Positions 1 through 9,784 of a stretch of 64,000 bases of DNA are shown piece after piece. Numbering within the stretch: the first letter of the stretch is position 1; the number at the start of each line of letters is the position of its first letter. The DNA comes from Candidatus Multivoradales bacterium (GTDB taxonomy: Bacteria > Acidobacteriota > Thermoanaerobaculia > Multivoradales > J023). The notes under the pieces are model-generated. The model did no database searches. It had not been told where the DNA came from and saw nothing but the letters and a program-made list of their open reading frames with translations. Both the position numbers and the translations under genes were made by a program. The stretch covers positions 1,056,001 to 1,120,000 of the forward strand of contig CBDFLE010000005.1 of the NCBI GenBank assembly GCA_965248925.1, read 5' to 3'.

Positions 1-688
1 CTAGCTCGTCGTAGAGCAGGTGGTACATCCGCACCTTGGGCTTGCATTCGCGCAGCCGGGTCTTGACCCGCGTAATGATGCCGAACTGGCCCAGACTGCA
101 ACGCACCGCATCAAAGACCTCGGTGTTTTCTTGCCGCGAGCAAGTCACCACTTCACCGGTTCCCAGCACCACCTCGAGTTCGACCGCGTTGTCGGCCTGG
201 GTGCCGTAGCGATAGCTCGCCACACCGAGGCCGGCTACCGAAGTGGTGCCAGCCAGGGTGACGTTGAGATTGTTGGTCAACACCCGCGGCACTAAGCCTT
301 GCGGCACGGTCGCCTCGACCAGGTCGCGCCACGGCGTACCGCCGCCGCAATCGGCAGTCAAGGTGTCGTGATCGATTGAGTAGATCTTGCTCATGCCACC
401 GCACATGTCGATCACCACGCCCCCTTCGGTGGTCGATTGACCGCTTTGGGTATGGCCCAAACCTCGGCTCGCCACCGGTACCCGATGTTGGCGGCAATGG
501 CGCACCACCAACGCCACCTCCGCGGTCGAAGTACAGCGGGCGATGGCGCCGGGTGTGCGATGTTTCAGCTTGCCAAAATCGGTACAAAACTCACCTCGGA
601 CATCTTCGTCGAGGTGCAGCTTGTCGCCCAATTGCTGCTTCAACGCTTGGATGGCGGCAGTCAGATCGGCGGCGGCGGTGGGGGGCAT
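1..688 (-). CDS. FAD-binding oxidoreductase, cytokinin dehydrogenase-like (VAO/PCMH family); partial, runs off the window edge
   Basis: Not in the ORF track; my translation from ATG 688 (GGAGAG RBS) gives MPPTAAADL...TDFGKLKHRTPGAIARC...VASRGLGHTQSGQSTTEGGVVIDM...WRDLVEAT...GTQADNAVELEVVLGTGEVVTCS...LGQFGIITR, typical FAD_binding_4/CKX motifs. Confidence 0.8.
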   Translation of the reverse strand, partial: MPPTAAADLTAAIQALKQQLGDKLHLDEDVRGEFCTDFGKLKHRTPGAIARCTSTAEVALVVRHCRQHRVPVASRGLGHTQSGQSTTEGGVVIDMCGGMSKIYSIDHDTLTADCGGGTPWRDLVEATVPQGLVPRVLTNNLNVTLAGTTSVAGLGVASYRYGTQADNAVELEVVLGTGEVVTCSRQENTEVFDAVRCSLGQFGIITRVKTRLRECKPKVRMYHLLYDEL

Positions 689-819
689 GAACTCTCCTTC
701 TCTGGGCACCTCGGAATTCGGTGATGCCATCTTGGTCCTGCAACTCAGCCCGTGGCTCGGGCCGGTCCTGTATTTGTGGTTCAACGACGCGAGGCGCCGT
801 CGATGATCTTCTTCTAACT

Positions 820-1275
820 TCAGTTCTCGGTCACCGGGACCAGCGGTTGATCAGCTACGCCGAGCCCCGCCGCCAACCACCCCTCGATACCGTCCGCGAG
901 CAGAAAGACATTCTCGAAACCGGCGTCGAGAAAAAGTTGCACCCCTTTGGCACCACAGTCGTCCGCGGCACGACAGTAGACCAGAACGCCGCTGGAACTC
1001 GGGATTCGCAGCCCAGCGAGTCGCCGCTCCAGCTCCGCCAGGGGAAAGTTGACAGCACCGCGGAGGTGTCCCCGTGGACTGATGTACTCCAGCTCGGTAC
1101 GTAGATCGAAGATCAGCAAACCGGCCGCATCGCGCAACAAATGAAAAGCAACCGGTGCGCTGAGCAGCCGCGCCCCAGCGATGGTCTGCGGCTGCTTAAG
1201 GCCACCACCACAAGCGAGGCACATCACCCCCAGAGCCACGATCCAACTGGCCGTCCACGACCCCTTTCGCCCCAT
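820..1275 (-). CDS. Rhodanese-like domain lipoprotein
   Basis: Lipobox CLAC-GGG; DLRTELEY..GHLRGAVNFPL, VLVYCR, LADGIEGWLAAG rhodanese motifs. Confidence 0.85.
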   Translation of the reverse strand: MGRKGSWTASWIVALGVMCLACGGGLKQPQTIAGARLLSAPVAFHLLRDAAGLLIFDLRTELEYISPRGHLRGAVNFPLAELERRLAGLRIPSSSGVLVYCRAADDCGAKGVQLFLDAGFENVFLLADGIEGWLAAGLGVADQPLVPVTEN

Positions 1276-1294
1276 GCTGCCCTAACCCCTCTGC

Positions 1295-1633
1295 TCAGCT
1301 CTGCGCCGCCAGCGCTTCCTCGACCGTTGCATATATCGCGAACAGGCTGTCGAGCTGGGCAACCGCCAGTAGTTTGCGGATGCGCTCGGATGGTTGCACC
1401 AAGATTAAGTTGCGATCACGGTTCTGGAAGCGGCCCAGGTAGGCCACCAATTCGCCGATACCCGTCGAGTCGATGTAGTTGATCTTCTCCAGATCGAGCA
1501 GGACGTTGCCCTGATCCTGCTCTAGTACCCGCTCCAGAGTCTGGACTAGAAACTGGGCACTTTCGCCAAGCTTGATGATGCCCTCGACCTTGAGGACTAC
1601 GGAGCCATCGACTTTCTGTTTCTCGACAAACAC
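1295..1633 (-). CDS. STAS-domain anti-anti-sigma factor
   Basis: LLDLEKINYIDSTGIGELV motif; start taken as GTG 1633 after a GAGG RBS (ORF track starts at 1675). Confidence 0.88.
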   Translation of the reverse strand: MFVEKQKVDGSVVLKVEGIIKLGESAQFLVQTLERVLEQDQGNVLLDLEKINYIDSTGIGELVAYLGRFQNRDRNLILVQPSERIRKLLAVAQLDSLFAIYATVEEALAAQS

Positions 1634-1903
1634 TTCTGCCTCGGTGGATTCAGGTCGCTCGGAACGGTTCAACAAACGCCAGCGGGGCTCATCCCAAAAC
1701 CTTGGAAACAGTGCCCTGGCGGGCGCTCAACTGGCGGCAATCCGAGACTGAGAGTAGCATACAATGCCTCCTTCGCCGCACCTCGGCATGCTCCTGGTCA
1801 CTCCCGGACTGCCCGGCTAGCGGTCGCTTGAGCGAATCAGTACCGTCGACTCAATCCCCTCTGTTGACGATGCAAATCACTCCGAAATCGTGAGGTTCTG
1901 GCC

Positions 1904-2422
1904 ATGAAGCAGTCCGTCGTCCTGACATTGATCGGTAAAGACCGGCCCGGATTGGTCGAGACTTTGGCGGCGGTGGTCGACCAGCATGGTGGCAACTGGG
2001 AAGAGAGCCGCATGGCGCAACTGGCGGGTACTTTTGCCGGCCTACTGCGGGTGCGCATCGTGGCCGAGCGGGCGCTCGGCTTGGAGCGGGATCTGGGACG
2101 TCTGCCGGGCATTGCAACAGCGGTGATCCGCCCTCACGTAGCACCGCCAGTTAGTGCTGGCAGCGCCTTCCTGCGCCTTGAGGTAGTCGGCCAGGACCAT
2201 CCAGGAATCGTCCGCGCCTTGACTGAGGCTATCGCCGCCCACCGGATCAATGTCGAGGAACTCGAAACTGAGGTGCTCAGCGCGCCGATGAGCGGCGAGC
2301 GCATATTCCAGGCCCGGGCTCGTTTGCAGGCACCGACCAACGCCGACCTGGAAATCGTGCAGCGCGACCTCGAAGGCCTGGCGGCCGATCTGATGGTCGA
2401 CATCCGGCTCGAAGAGCCCTGA
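1904..2422 (+). CDS. Double-ACT-domain glycine cleavage system repressor-like protein (GcvR family)
   Basis: LIGKDRPGLV..ESRMAQLAGTFA and VVGQDHPGIV..NVEELET ACT motifs. Confidence 0.85.
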   Translation: MKQSVVLTLIGKDRPGLVETLAAVVDQHGGNWEESRMAQLAGTFAGLLRVRIVAERALGLERDLGRLPGIATAVIRPHVAPPVSAGSAFLRLEVVGQDHPGIVRALTEAIAAHRINVEELETEVLSAPMSGERIFQARARLQAPTNADLEIVQRDLEGLAADLMVDIRLEEP

Positions 2423-2480
2423 GCCCGAAACTCCACTCCGCGGAACGCGCTGTGGGCAATTGCCGGTCGCTCCAGCCGAC

Positions 2481-3602
2481 TCAGCTGGTAGAAACCGGAA
2501 GACCACGCAACTGGCGGAAAGTCACCAACTTGTGGCTGTCCTCATCCCAGAGCTTCAGCCGAGCAGTCTTGAAGCTCTGCCAGAGAGTCAGCCGGGTGAC
2601 TTGACCCACCTCGGGAACCTCGCGCATACAGTGCGCCAGATTGTAATTGGGGATGGAACTCGACAGATGATGGATGTGATGATAGCCAATGTTGCCGGTC
2701 AGCCAGTGCAACCAGGCCGGTAGATCGTAGAACGAGCTGCCCTGCAAGCCGGCGGCATGGATGTCCCACTCTTCCTCGTACTCCCAGTAGGTATCGACGA
2801 ACTGGTGTTGGACGTAGAACAGCCAAATCCCCGCCAAACCGGCGATCAAAGTGATTGGAATCTGGACCATGAGGTAGGTGCCGATACCAATCGTCCGCCA
2901 GCACAGCAGCAGAACCGCTGCCAGCGCCAAGTTGTTGAACAGGATGCTGCGCCACTCACGCTTCCACGAAGCCGGAACATCGTAGGGCAAGCGATGCTTG
3001 AGCAGGAATTGGTAGCCCGGTCCGATCAGCAACAGGACGACCATGCTGCGGTACATCCGGTAGGCCATGCGGCCGAGCTTGGAGCGGCGGCGATACTCAC
3101 TCACGGTCAGCGTCACCACATCGCCAAACTCACGCACATCGAGATTGCCTGAGGAAGCATGGTGGATGGCATGGGTGCGTTTCCAATAGCTGAAGGGAGT
3201 GAAGGTAAGCACCCCGAGCAGCCCTCCGACCCGCTGGTTGAGCTTGCGCTTGCGGAAGAACGAGCCGTGGCCGCAATCGTGCTGGAAAATAAACAGCCGG
3301 ATCGACATGCCAGCGGCCGGAATGCCAAGCAACAGCGTCACCCAATAAGGGCTGGTCGACAAGCTGCGCAGCATCAGCCCCCAGAAGACAGCGAACAGCA
3401 ACGCGGTGGTGCTCAGCTGAAACCAAGCCTTGCGGTCATCGGCCTGCTTGTAAGGAGCCAGAATCCGGCCCCAGAACTTGGCCGATGATTCTGTAGGAGG
3501 CGATTCAACGGCGGTGGGTTTGCTCGGCGCCGGTTCGACGGCTGCGAGTTCTTTGGCTGTGGGTTCGGCGGCGGTGGGGACGGCTGAAGTCTGCATGCTC
3601 AT
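2481..3602 (-). CDS. Membrane fatty acid desaturase (Des/delta-12-like)
   Basis: His boxes QHDCGH, HAIHH, QHQF and HHIHH plus TM segments; likely start MSMQTS at 3602 (track ORF extends to 3755). Confidence 0.92.
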   Translation of the reverse strand: MSMQTSAVPTAAEPTAKELAAVEPAPSKPTAVESPPTESSAKFWGRILAPYKQADDRKAWFQLSTTALLFAVFWGLMLRSLSTSPYWVTLLLGIPAAGMSIRLFIFQHDCGHGSFFRKRKLNQRVGGLLGVLTFTPFSYWKRTHAIHHASSGNLDVREFGDVVTLTVSEYRRRSKLGRMAYRMYRSMVVLLLIGPGYQFLLKHRLPYDVPASWKREWRSILFNNLALAAVLLLCWRTIGIGTYLMVQIPITLIAGLAGIWLFYVQHQFVDTYWEYEEEWDIHAAGLQGSSFYDLPAWLHWLTGNIGYHHIHHLSSSIPNYNLAHCMREVPEVGQVTRLTLWQSFKTARLKLWDEDSHKLVTFRQLRGLPVSTS

Positions 3603-3663
3603 AGCGTATCCCGCCAGGCGGGTGGCTGATCGCCGCTTGAGTAATATTCGTGACACCGTACTG

Positions 3664-4455
3664 TCATTGCTTGTTGATCCCCTTGTCGTAGGCGAAGTAC
3701 TTGACCCGGAAATCCCGTGGCACTTGCCCATCAGAGTCGCGGTACCGATTGACATAGTCGACTATCCGCGGAGCGGCATTGCCTTGGCGGCGCTCAAAGT
3801 CGAGGAAGTCGCCAGGGAAAAAGTCAAAAATCTCCGACAAATAGACGGTGCGCTCGTCGCGGTCGAGCTTGAAGTGCTGCGCAGCGCTGACAAACTCGCG
3901 CATGGCGGCATCGAGCTGGGCATCCAAATCAGTCGCGACGAAAGCCTGCTGAGGCAGTCGCGGACAGGAGATCGAGGCGCAATTCAGCGCCGCATGGACG
4001 CGCGGGTCAGTGAAGCCCTCGCGAATCAGCCGGTCTTCCAACCGCTTCAGACTCATGGTCTCGCCACCGATGGTGACGCGCATGCGGACAAAAAAGGCGA
4101 AGCCCGAAATCCATCCTCGCCAGACACTCTTCTCCTCTGGCCCGCGTGCCAGCACCCCTTTGAAGACCTGGGCGTTGTAGGCATTGAGGTAGTAGGCCAG
4201 GGCCTCCTCGCGTCGGCGAAAGAATTCGGGCCGGGATGCCGGAGAGACCTTCTCGATCGCCGCCACATAGCGGTCGAAGACAACTCGATCCGCCGCCAAG
4301 CCGCGGTAATCGACTCGCCCCTGCGGGTCGACAAAACGCTCCAGCACGGTGGTCCAGTCGGCATGCGAAAAAACCTCGGCAGCAGCTGGCGCGGCGCTAT
4401 CCAAGAGCATCAGGGCGGCCATCATCAATGGTGTGATCCAGCGCAATTCGTGCAC
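3664..4455 (-). CDS. DUF547 domain secreted protein
   Basis: Signal peptide; GRVDY, LAYYLNAYNA, DPRVHAALNCASISCP, LSEIFDFF. Confidence 0.88.
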   Translation of the reverse strand: MHELRWITPLMMAALMLLDSAAPAAAEVFSHADWTTVLERFVDPQGRVDYRGLAADRVVFDRYVAAIEKVSPASRPEFFRRREEALAYYLNAYNAQVFKGVLARGPEEKSVWRGWISGFAFFVRMRVTIGGETMSLKRLEDRLIREGFTDPRVHAALNCASISCPRLPQQAFVATDLDAQLDAAMREFVSAAQHFKLDRDERTVYLSEIFDFFPGDFLDFERRQGNAAPRIVDYVNRYRDSDGQVPRDFRVKYFAYDKGINKQ

Positions 4456-4618
4456 CTCTCTCCTCTTTATCTTCCTGAGACCAAGCCAAGGCGATGGACT
4501 AGACTGCTTGGATTCACCGGTGGGTACGCCCTCAACCCTCCATTTGGATGGCCAGCAGGGCTCGGGAACGTAATCTATGGCAGGATGAAGCCGTCATAGA
4601 ATCCTGGAGACAATCCAC

Positions 4619-6037
4619 ATGAAGTTATCGCCCCCTATCCGGATGCTGGCGATTTTGTTAGTCGCCGCCAGCGCGACCGCGGGTGAATCGCCCAGCCAGC
4701 CACCAATGCAAGCCGCTTCAGCGGCTGAGGAGTCAGCGGCCGCCGCCAGCTGGCCATCGTTCCGTGGCCCCTCCGCCTCGGGAGTATCCGATGGGCAGAA
4801 TTTGCCCGACGAGTGGTCGGCCGCAGACGGCCACAACATTCTCTGGCGCACTGCCATCACCGGCCTCGGTCACTCCAGCCCGATCGTCTGGGGCAACCGC
4901 ATATTCCTCACCACCGCCAGCAGTGAGGGCGCCGAGCCCGATTTCAAGCCAGGACTCTACGGCGACGGTAACTCCACCGACGATCACCAGAAACAGCACC
5001 GCTGGGAACTGCTGGCCATCGACCGCCTTAGTGGCGCCATCGAATGGCGCCGCACCACGCACCATGGCAAGCCGCGCACCGCCCGCCATCCCAAAGCCAG
5101 CCACGCCACTCCCACGGCGGCCACCAACGGTCGTCTGGTGGTCGCTTATTTCGGCTCCGAGGGCGTTCATGCCTACACCGTCGAAGGGCGCCAACTATGG
5201 AGCCGCGACCTGGGGGTGATCGACGCCGGTGCCTACAACGCCGCGGTCTATCAATGGGGAGTGGCCAGCTCGCCGATCCTCTGGCACGATCTGGTCATTC
5301 TGCAATGCGATGGCCAGGGCGAAGACTTCTTGATTGCCCTCGACCAGGCCACCGGCCTCACCCGCTGGCGCGCGGCGCGCGACGAGTGGCCATCGTGGAG
5401 CACTCCGACGGTAATTGACAACGGCACTTCAGTCGAGGTGGTAACCAACGCGCCCAAGTTCATTCGCGGCTACGATCCTGCGAGCGGTGACGAGCTGTGG
5501 CGTCTGGGGCCGAGTTCAGATATCACCACGCCGACGCCGATCTTCGCCGATGGCCTGATCGTCGTGACCAGCGGCCGGCGACCGGTCAAGCCGCTGCATG
5601 TGCTGCGCCCCGGCGGTCGCGGCGACCTGACCGCAGGCGAAGGCGAAGCGCTGGGCAGCCACCAGCAAGTGGCGTGGAGCCAGCTGCGAGTGGGCTCCTA
5701 CATCCCTACTCCACTGGCCTATCGCGGCTTGCTCTACATACTGAACAACGACGGCACCCTAGCGGTCTTTCGCCTGGCCACCGGCGAGGAGTTCTACCGC
5801 CAGCGCATTCCGCACGGCGGCGGCGGCTTCAGCGGCTCCCCGGTAGCCGCCGATGGCAAGCTCTACCTGGCCAGCGAAGACGGCGACATCTTCGTCGTGC
5901 GCGCCGGTGAGAGCTTCGAACTGATCGCCCAGAACTCCCTCGACGAAGTCATCATGACCACCCCGGCCCTAGCCGCCGGCGCCATGTACGTCCGCGGCCG
6001 GCGCCACCTCTTCGCCATCGGCTCGGCTAGCGATTGA
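4619..6037 (+). CDS. Secreted PQQ-binding-like beta-propeller repeat protein
   Basis: Signal peptide, WPSFRGP, GHSSPIVWG, repeated SSP/TP..G.W blades, C-terminal TPAL..GAMYVRG..HLFAI. Confidence 0.88.
   Translation: MKLSPPIRMLAILLVAASATAGESPSQPPMQAASAAEESAAAASWPSFRGPSASGVSDGQNLPDEWSAADGHNILWRTAITGLGHSSPIVWGNRIFLTTASSEGAEPDFKPGLYGDGNSTDDHQKQHRWELLAIDRLSGAIEWRRTTHHGKPRTARHPKASHATPTAATNGRLVVAYFGSEGVHAYTVEGRQLWSRDLGVIDAGAYNAAVYQWGVASSPILWHDLVILQCDGQGEDFLIALDQATGLTRWRAARDEWPSWSTPTVIDNGTSVEVVTNAPKFIRGYDPASGDELWRLGPSSDITTPTPIFADGLIVVTSGRRPVKPLHVLRPGGRGDLTAGEGEALGSHQQVAWSQLRVGSYIPTPLAYRGLLYILNNDGTLAVFRLATGEEFYRQRIPHGGGGFSGSPVAADGKLYLASEDGDIFVVRAGESFELIAQNSLDEVIMTTPALAAGAMYVRGRRHLFAIGSASD
5934..6020 (+). 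repeat. Copy 1 (in the intact gene) of the PQQ-gene 3'-end repeat
   Basis: ACTCCCTCGACGAAGTCATCA (5934-5954) is identical to 23546-23566; similarity continues to about 6020. Confidence 0.9.
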
Positions 6038-6148
6038 GAGCCCGGTGAGCCGCCGGCGCCCGCCAAGACAATCGAGCCACCCAGAGGACGAGGAACGGCC
6101 GGAACCACGACTTTCTTCGGTGATCCCGGCCGGAGCAGAGATCGAGGG

Positions 6149-8512
6149 TCAGGACAGCCCAAGACAAATCGGGACGGTGTCGTCACAGCTGAACTTGGCC
6201 GTGCAGCTCTGATCTTCGCCCAACACGAATGAGATAACCGAACTCGTTCCAGAGCAGTCACCAAGCCACCGAACGAACTCGAAGTTGCCGTCGTCGTGAG
6301 CGGTCAGAGTTACCACCGTGCCAACAGCCAGGTTCTCCGTGCATTGGGTTTCGCAGAAGGTCCCGGGCGGCTCGATCTCGACCGTCGGTACTCCCTGACC
6401 GATGGTCGCGGCCACAGATACCGTCAGCTCTCGCATCTCCGGCACCGCGAACTCGGCCTGACAGGTCTTGTTCGAATTCATGGTGACGGCGGTCACGGTC
6501 GAAGTTCCGTTACAAGCTCCGGTCCAGCGTACGAAGATGTTGCCGGCGTCGGCCGTGGCCGTCAGAGTCACCGAGGATCCCTGGCTGAAAGCGGCGGTCT
6601 GCTGATTGCAGCCACTAGAACAGTCGATGCCAGTCGGCGAGCTGACCACTCGGCCGCTTCCGCCACCTGCTTTTTGCACCGTCAGATTGTAGGTCGGCAG
6701 GTCGTCGTAGTGGGCAGTGCAGGTCTCGTCCGCGGTCATGGTTACCGTCGTCGTGGGGTTGCTGCCCGAGCAGCTGCCGCTCCAGCTACTGAACTGAGAA
6801 GCACCGTCAGCGACCGCGGTCAGGGTTACGGTTGTGCCGTCGTCGAAAGTAGCGGAATCCTGCGAGCAACCCGGATCGCAGTCGATGCCCGCGGGATTGC
6901 TGAACAGGTCGCCGTCGCCGCTACCCGACTTGTTAGCGGTCAGCAACCAAGAGGTACCTGGCGAGGTGGTGAAGCTCGCCGTGCAGAACCGGTCGCCGGT
7001 CACCGTGAAGGTGAAACTCGGGTCACTGCCAGCGCAGCCACCGCTCCAGCCGGCAAAATCTGATCCCGAATCCGGCACCGCCGACAACGTGACGTCGATA
7101 TCAAATGGGAAGTAATCCTCGCAGACGTCACCGCAGGAGATCTCACCGGGCGAAGAGCTCACCACACCGCTCCCAGAGCCCACGTTGTTGACACTGACCA
7201 GGGCCAAGGTCGGCAGATCTCGGAAACCTTCGACCAGGCCGGCGGTGTTGTTGATCGTTCGTGCATTGTCGCGAGTCGAGCTACCCACCGACAGTCCGAG
7301 ATAAGTGACATCCGGACTCGAGAAATATTTCACCACGTCACAGAACCCGATCGTGCAGCGATAGGCCATCACTGTACGAATGCCGTCACTGGAGCCGTTG
7401 TAGCCGCGGGGGTAGGAGAAAGCTCCACTCGGGCCACCGTCGTCCTCGTGATGCGCGGCGCCCATGTTGTGCCCCATCTCGTGCAGAGCCACCCCATCGA
7501 AAATGAATTCGACACTGAAGATGCTGTAGGCCCGCGAAGCAAAGCCGGAGTCCCCGGCGCTCATCAGCTGGCTGGCGATGCCACCGACGAAGCTCCAGCC
7601 CGGCTGGACGGCCAGCTGCACCAGATCCGCGGCATGGATGTCGCGCAGCTCCTGGATCTCGGGGTTGGCGATCAGGTTGTCAAGATCGAAATCCGGACTG
7701 CCGATCAGATCGACCTCGACCCGCTGCGAGTGCGCCAGGTACATTCTCTGGGTGAGGAAGTTGTTGAACAGCACGTCGTTCATGTCCTGGACGATGATGA
7801 AGGCCAGCGCGTCTCCCGCTCCGCCCCAGGCGACCTCGGCCTCTAGAGTGTAGAGGATCATCACGTCGATGTCCTCGAACGCCTTGGCGGCTCCTGCATC
7901 GCCGACGGTCGGCGAGGGGCCTTGCAGCGCAAGCCCGGCAGCCGCACCCCGGTCGCTCTTCAGGCCGGTGCCGCCGCTCACCACCGCGATATCGGTCCAG
8001 GCTACGGACCGATCCATCTCTTCCACCGCGAATAGATTCAGGGTGGCAAATCGCATCCCCACCTTGCGAATCTGATATACCGCTCCGGGCAGTCGAATGA
8101 AGCCGGCCATAACGGCCCCGCCGACGCCGAGCGCTGACTCCTCGACCAGAATGAAGCTACTTCATAGCTGACCGATAAGACCTCCCTTCCAGATCTGCAG
8201 TCCGCCAGCAGTCGACCTCGAGACCTCGGCGGTATAGCTCGTATCGGCGAATAGATTGAGCTCGACTTCGAGTTTGTTCCTATTGGTCACCTGCGCATCG
8301 CGGTCGAGCAGCGCGTAGTTGCGACGCAGGATCAGGGGATCCCAGTCAGCTTCGATCTGCAGCTCCGCAGCGGTCAGCGACTGCTCTGCCGCTTCTTGAT
8401 CGAGGGTCGAGAAGAGCGGCTCTTGACCCCAGGCGTTGCTACCGAACACAGCGAACCACAAACAAGCCGCCAATAGCTTCAATTTCGTTCGGCCACTCTT
8501 GATCTCTGACAT
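6149..8512 (-). pseudogene. Secreted reprolysin-like (M12B) zinc metallopeptidase with four divergent InlB-B-type repeats, interrupted by an in-frame TGA at 8164-8162
   Basis: HEMGHNMGAAH zinc motif and Met-turn TVMAY; repeats GSG.V.S.P.GI.C...C...F..G..VTLTA...F..W.G.C; signal-peptide ORF from ATG 8512 is in frame: ...CAG CTA TGA AGT AGC TTC...GTT ATG GCC. Confidence 0.82.
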
Positions 8513-8688
8513 TTCCGTCTCCTTGCAGGTTTTGCGTTCAGGCCCGTGAGCCCGCCGGCTCGACAGTCCGAAACGAGCCATCGGCCGACAGGTCTCGGCG
8601 GGTCCCCGGCGGGAGCAGGGCCCCGGCAAGCTGCCGGATTCCAGGTGAACAAGAGGACTCGCCCCGCGCCGGGAGTGCTTCCACTCAC

Positions 8689-8719
8689 TGACGCGCAAAG
8701 TTCGAGCTAGAGATGCCAC
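8689..8719 (-). promoter_or_regulatory. Putative ECF sigma promoter GTGGCA-N18-CGCGTCA upstream of the metallopeptidase
   Basis: Same bipartite motif and spacing as 9597-9627. Confidence 0.5.
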
Positions 8720-8740
8720 AGAAGGACTGGAGCGAACCAA

Positions 8741-8755
8741 GGGGGGGGGGGGGGG
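8741..8755. repeat. G15 homopolymer in an intergenic region
   Basis: 15 consecutive G just upstream of the putative metallopeptidase promoter. Confidence 0.9.
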
Positions 8756-8824
8756 TGGAGAAAGGGCAGAGAACAATCCGCGGCTGACGGCGCCCGCTGC
8801 AGCGGGCACCGACCGCTCACCAGC

Positions 8825-9514
8825 TCAGGGATCGTCGACACCGCTGACGCTGCCAGGCGGCACGAGAGACCAGCTCTCCGACAAGGGGCGAAATAGCAGC
8901 GTGCCATCGACCGGTTGCTCGCTGGCTAGCAGGCCCAGAATCGCCATGCGGGGCCGGCTGAACGAGCTCATCTGCAGGCCGTTCAACGCCAGCACCTGCT
9001 GGCCGTCGACGGCGAACCTCAGGCCGCCGTCGTTCTGGGTGCGATTCTCGATCCAGCTGACCCGGATCCGGCGGTCCCCTGGCAAGAGATTGACCAGCTG
9101 GTATTGCCCACCATTACCCAGGTCGTCGCTCCAGCTGGCCAGCAAGAACCGCCGCATCTGCTGCTGGCGGATGCTCAACCGCACGACCTCCGGCAGATTG
9201 ACCTCTCGACGCAGCTCGAAAACGTGAATCTCAGCATTCTGCTCGAGCTGCAGCTGATCCAGGTTCAGCTCGATCTCGAAATCCAGCTGCGCCCATCGGC
9301 GGATCAAGTCGAGCTCGATCCAGCCAATATCGGAAACCGCGCCGCGGCAGTCGTCGTCGTCGATGACCACCACCGTCACGTTCTCGGTAGCGCCATCGAA
9401 GCGCTCGAGAAAAGACGAGTCGCCCTGGCAGATCCAGCCGACCTCGGCCGCTTCCGCTAGCGCCGGAATCAGCAGCAATGACGCCAGGGTGATGATGTTC
9501 TTGGTCCACAACAT
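8825..9514 (-). CDS. Secreted hypothetical beta-rich protein
   Basis: AGGAG RBS, signal peptide MLWTKNIITLASLLLIPALAEA, GC-rich codon usage. Confidence 0.7.
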   Translation of the reverse strand: MLWTKNIITLASLLLIPALAEAAEVGWICQGDSSFLERFDGATENVTVVVIDDDDCRGAVSDIGWIELDLIRRWAQLDFEIELNLDQLQLEQNAEIHVFELRREVNLPEVVRLSIRQQQMRRFLLASWSDDLGNGGQYQLVNLLPGDRRIRVSWIENRTQNDGGLRFAVDGQQVLALNGLQMSSFSRPRMAILGLLASEQPVDGTLLFRPLSESWSLVPPGSVSGVDDP

Positions 9515-9596
9515 GTCCAGGTTCTCCTTGGTTCGGTCTTGGCTTCAAAATGAGCCGTCTATGTCTCTCCGCGACGGAAATGCGATCCCTATCCCT

Positions 9597-9627
9597 TGAC
9601 GCGTAATCGATGACTGGAAGCTGACAC
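9597..9627 (-). promoter_or_regulatory. Putative ECF sigma promoter GTGTCA-N18-CGCGTCA
   Basis: Matches 8689-8719 in both boxes and spacer length; about 80 bp upstream of the 9514 start. Confidence 0.5.
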
Positions 9628-9784
9628 GGCCGGAAAGAAGCCTCAGGTCGGAAGAGACCAGGCTAGTCTTCTAGTTCAGCTGGAGATTTGGTAGAGAAGC
9701 CCAGGTTAGCAGCCGACCCGGACCGTACGGTACAGTCCCTGTCAACACCTCTGGACCGAAACTCGGAATCACAGGCAGATTGGC

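Noticed and set aside
3478-4599. 373-aa plus-strand ORF
   Set aside because: Antisense shadow of the DUF547 and desaturase genes; no recognisable motifs
8162-8164. Selenocysteine recoding of the in-frame TGA (also 22723-22725)
   Set aside because: No redox motif context and no convincing SECIS hairpin seen directly downstream; nearby genes carry ordinary frameshifts, favouring decay
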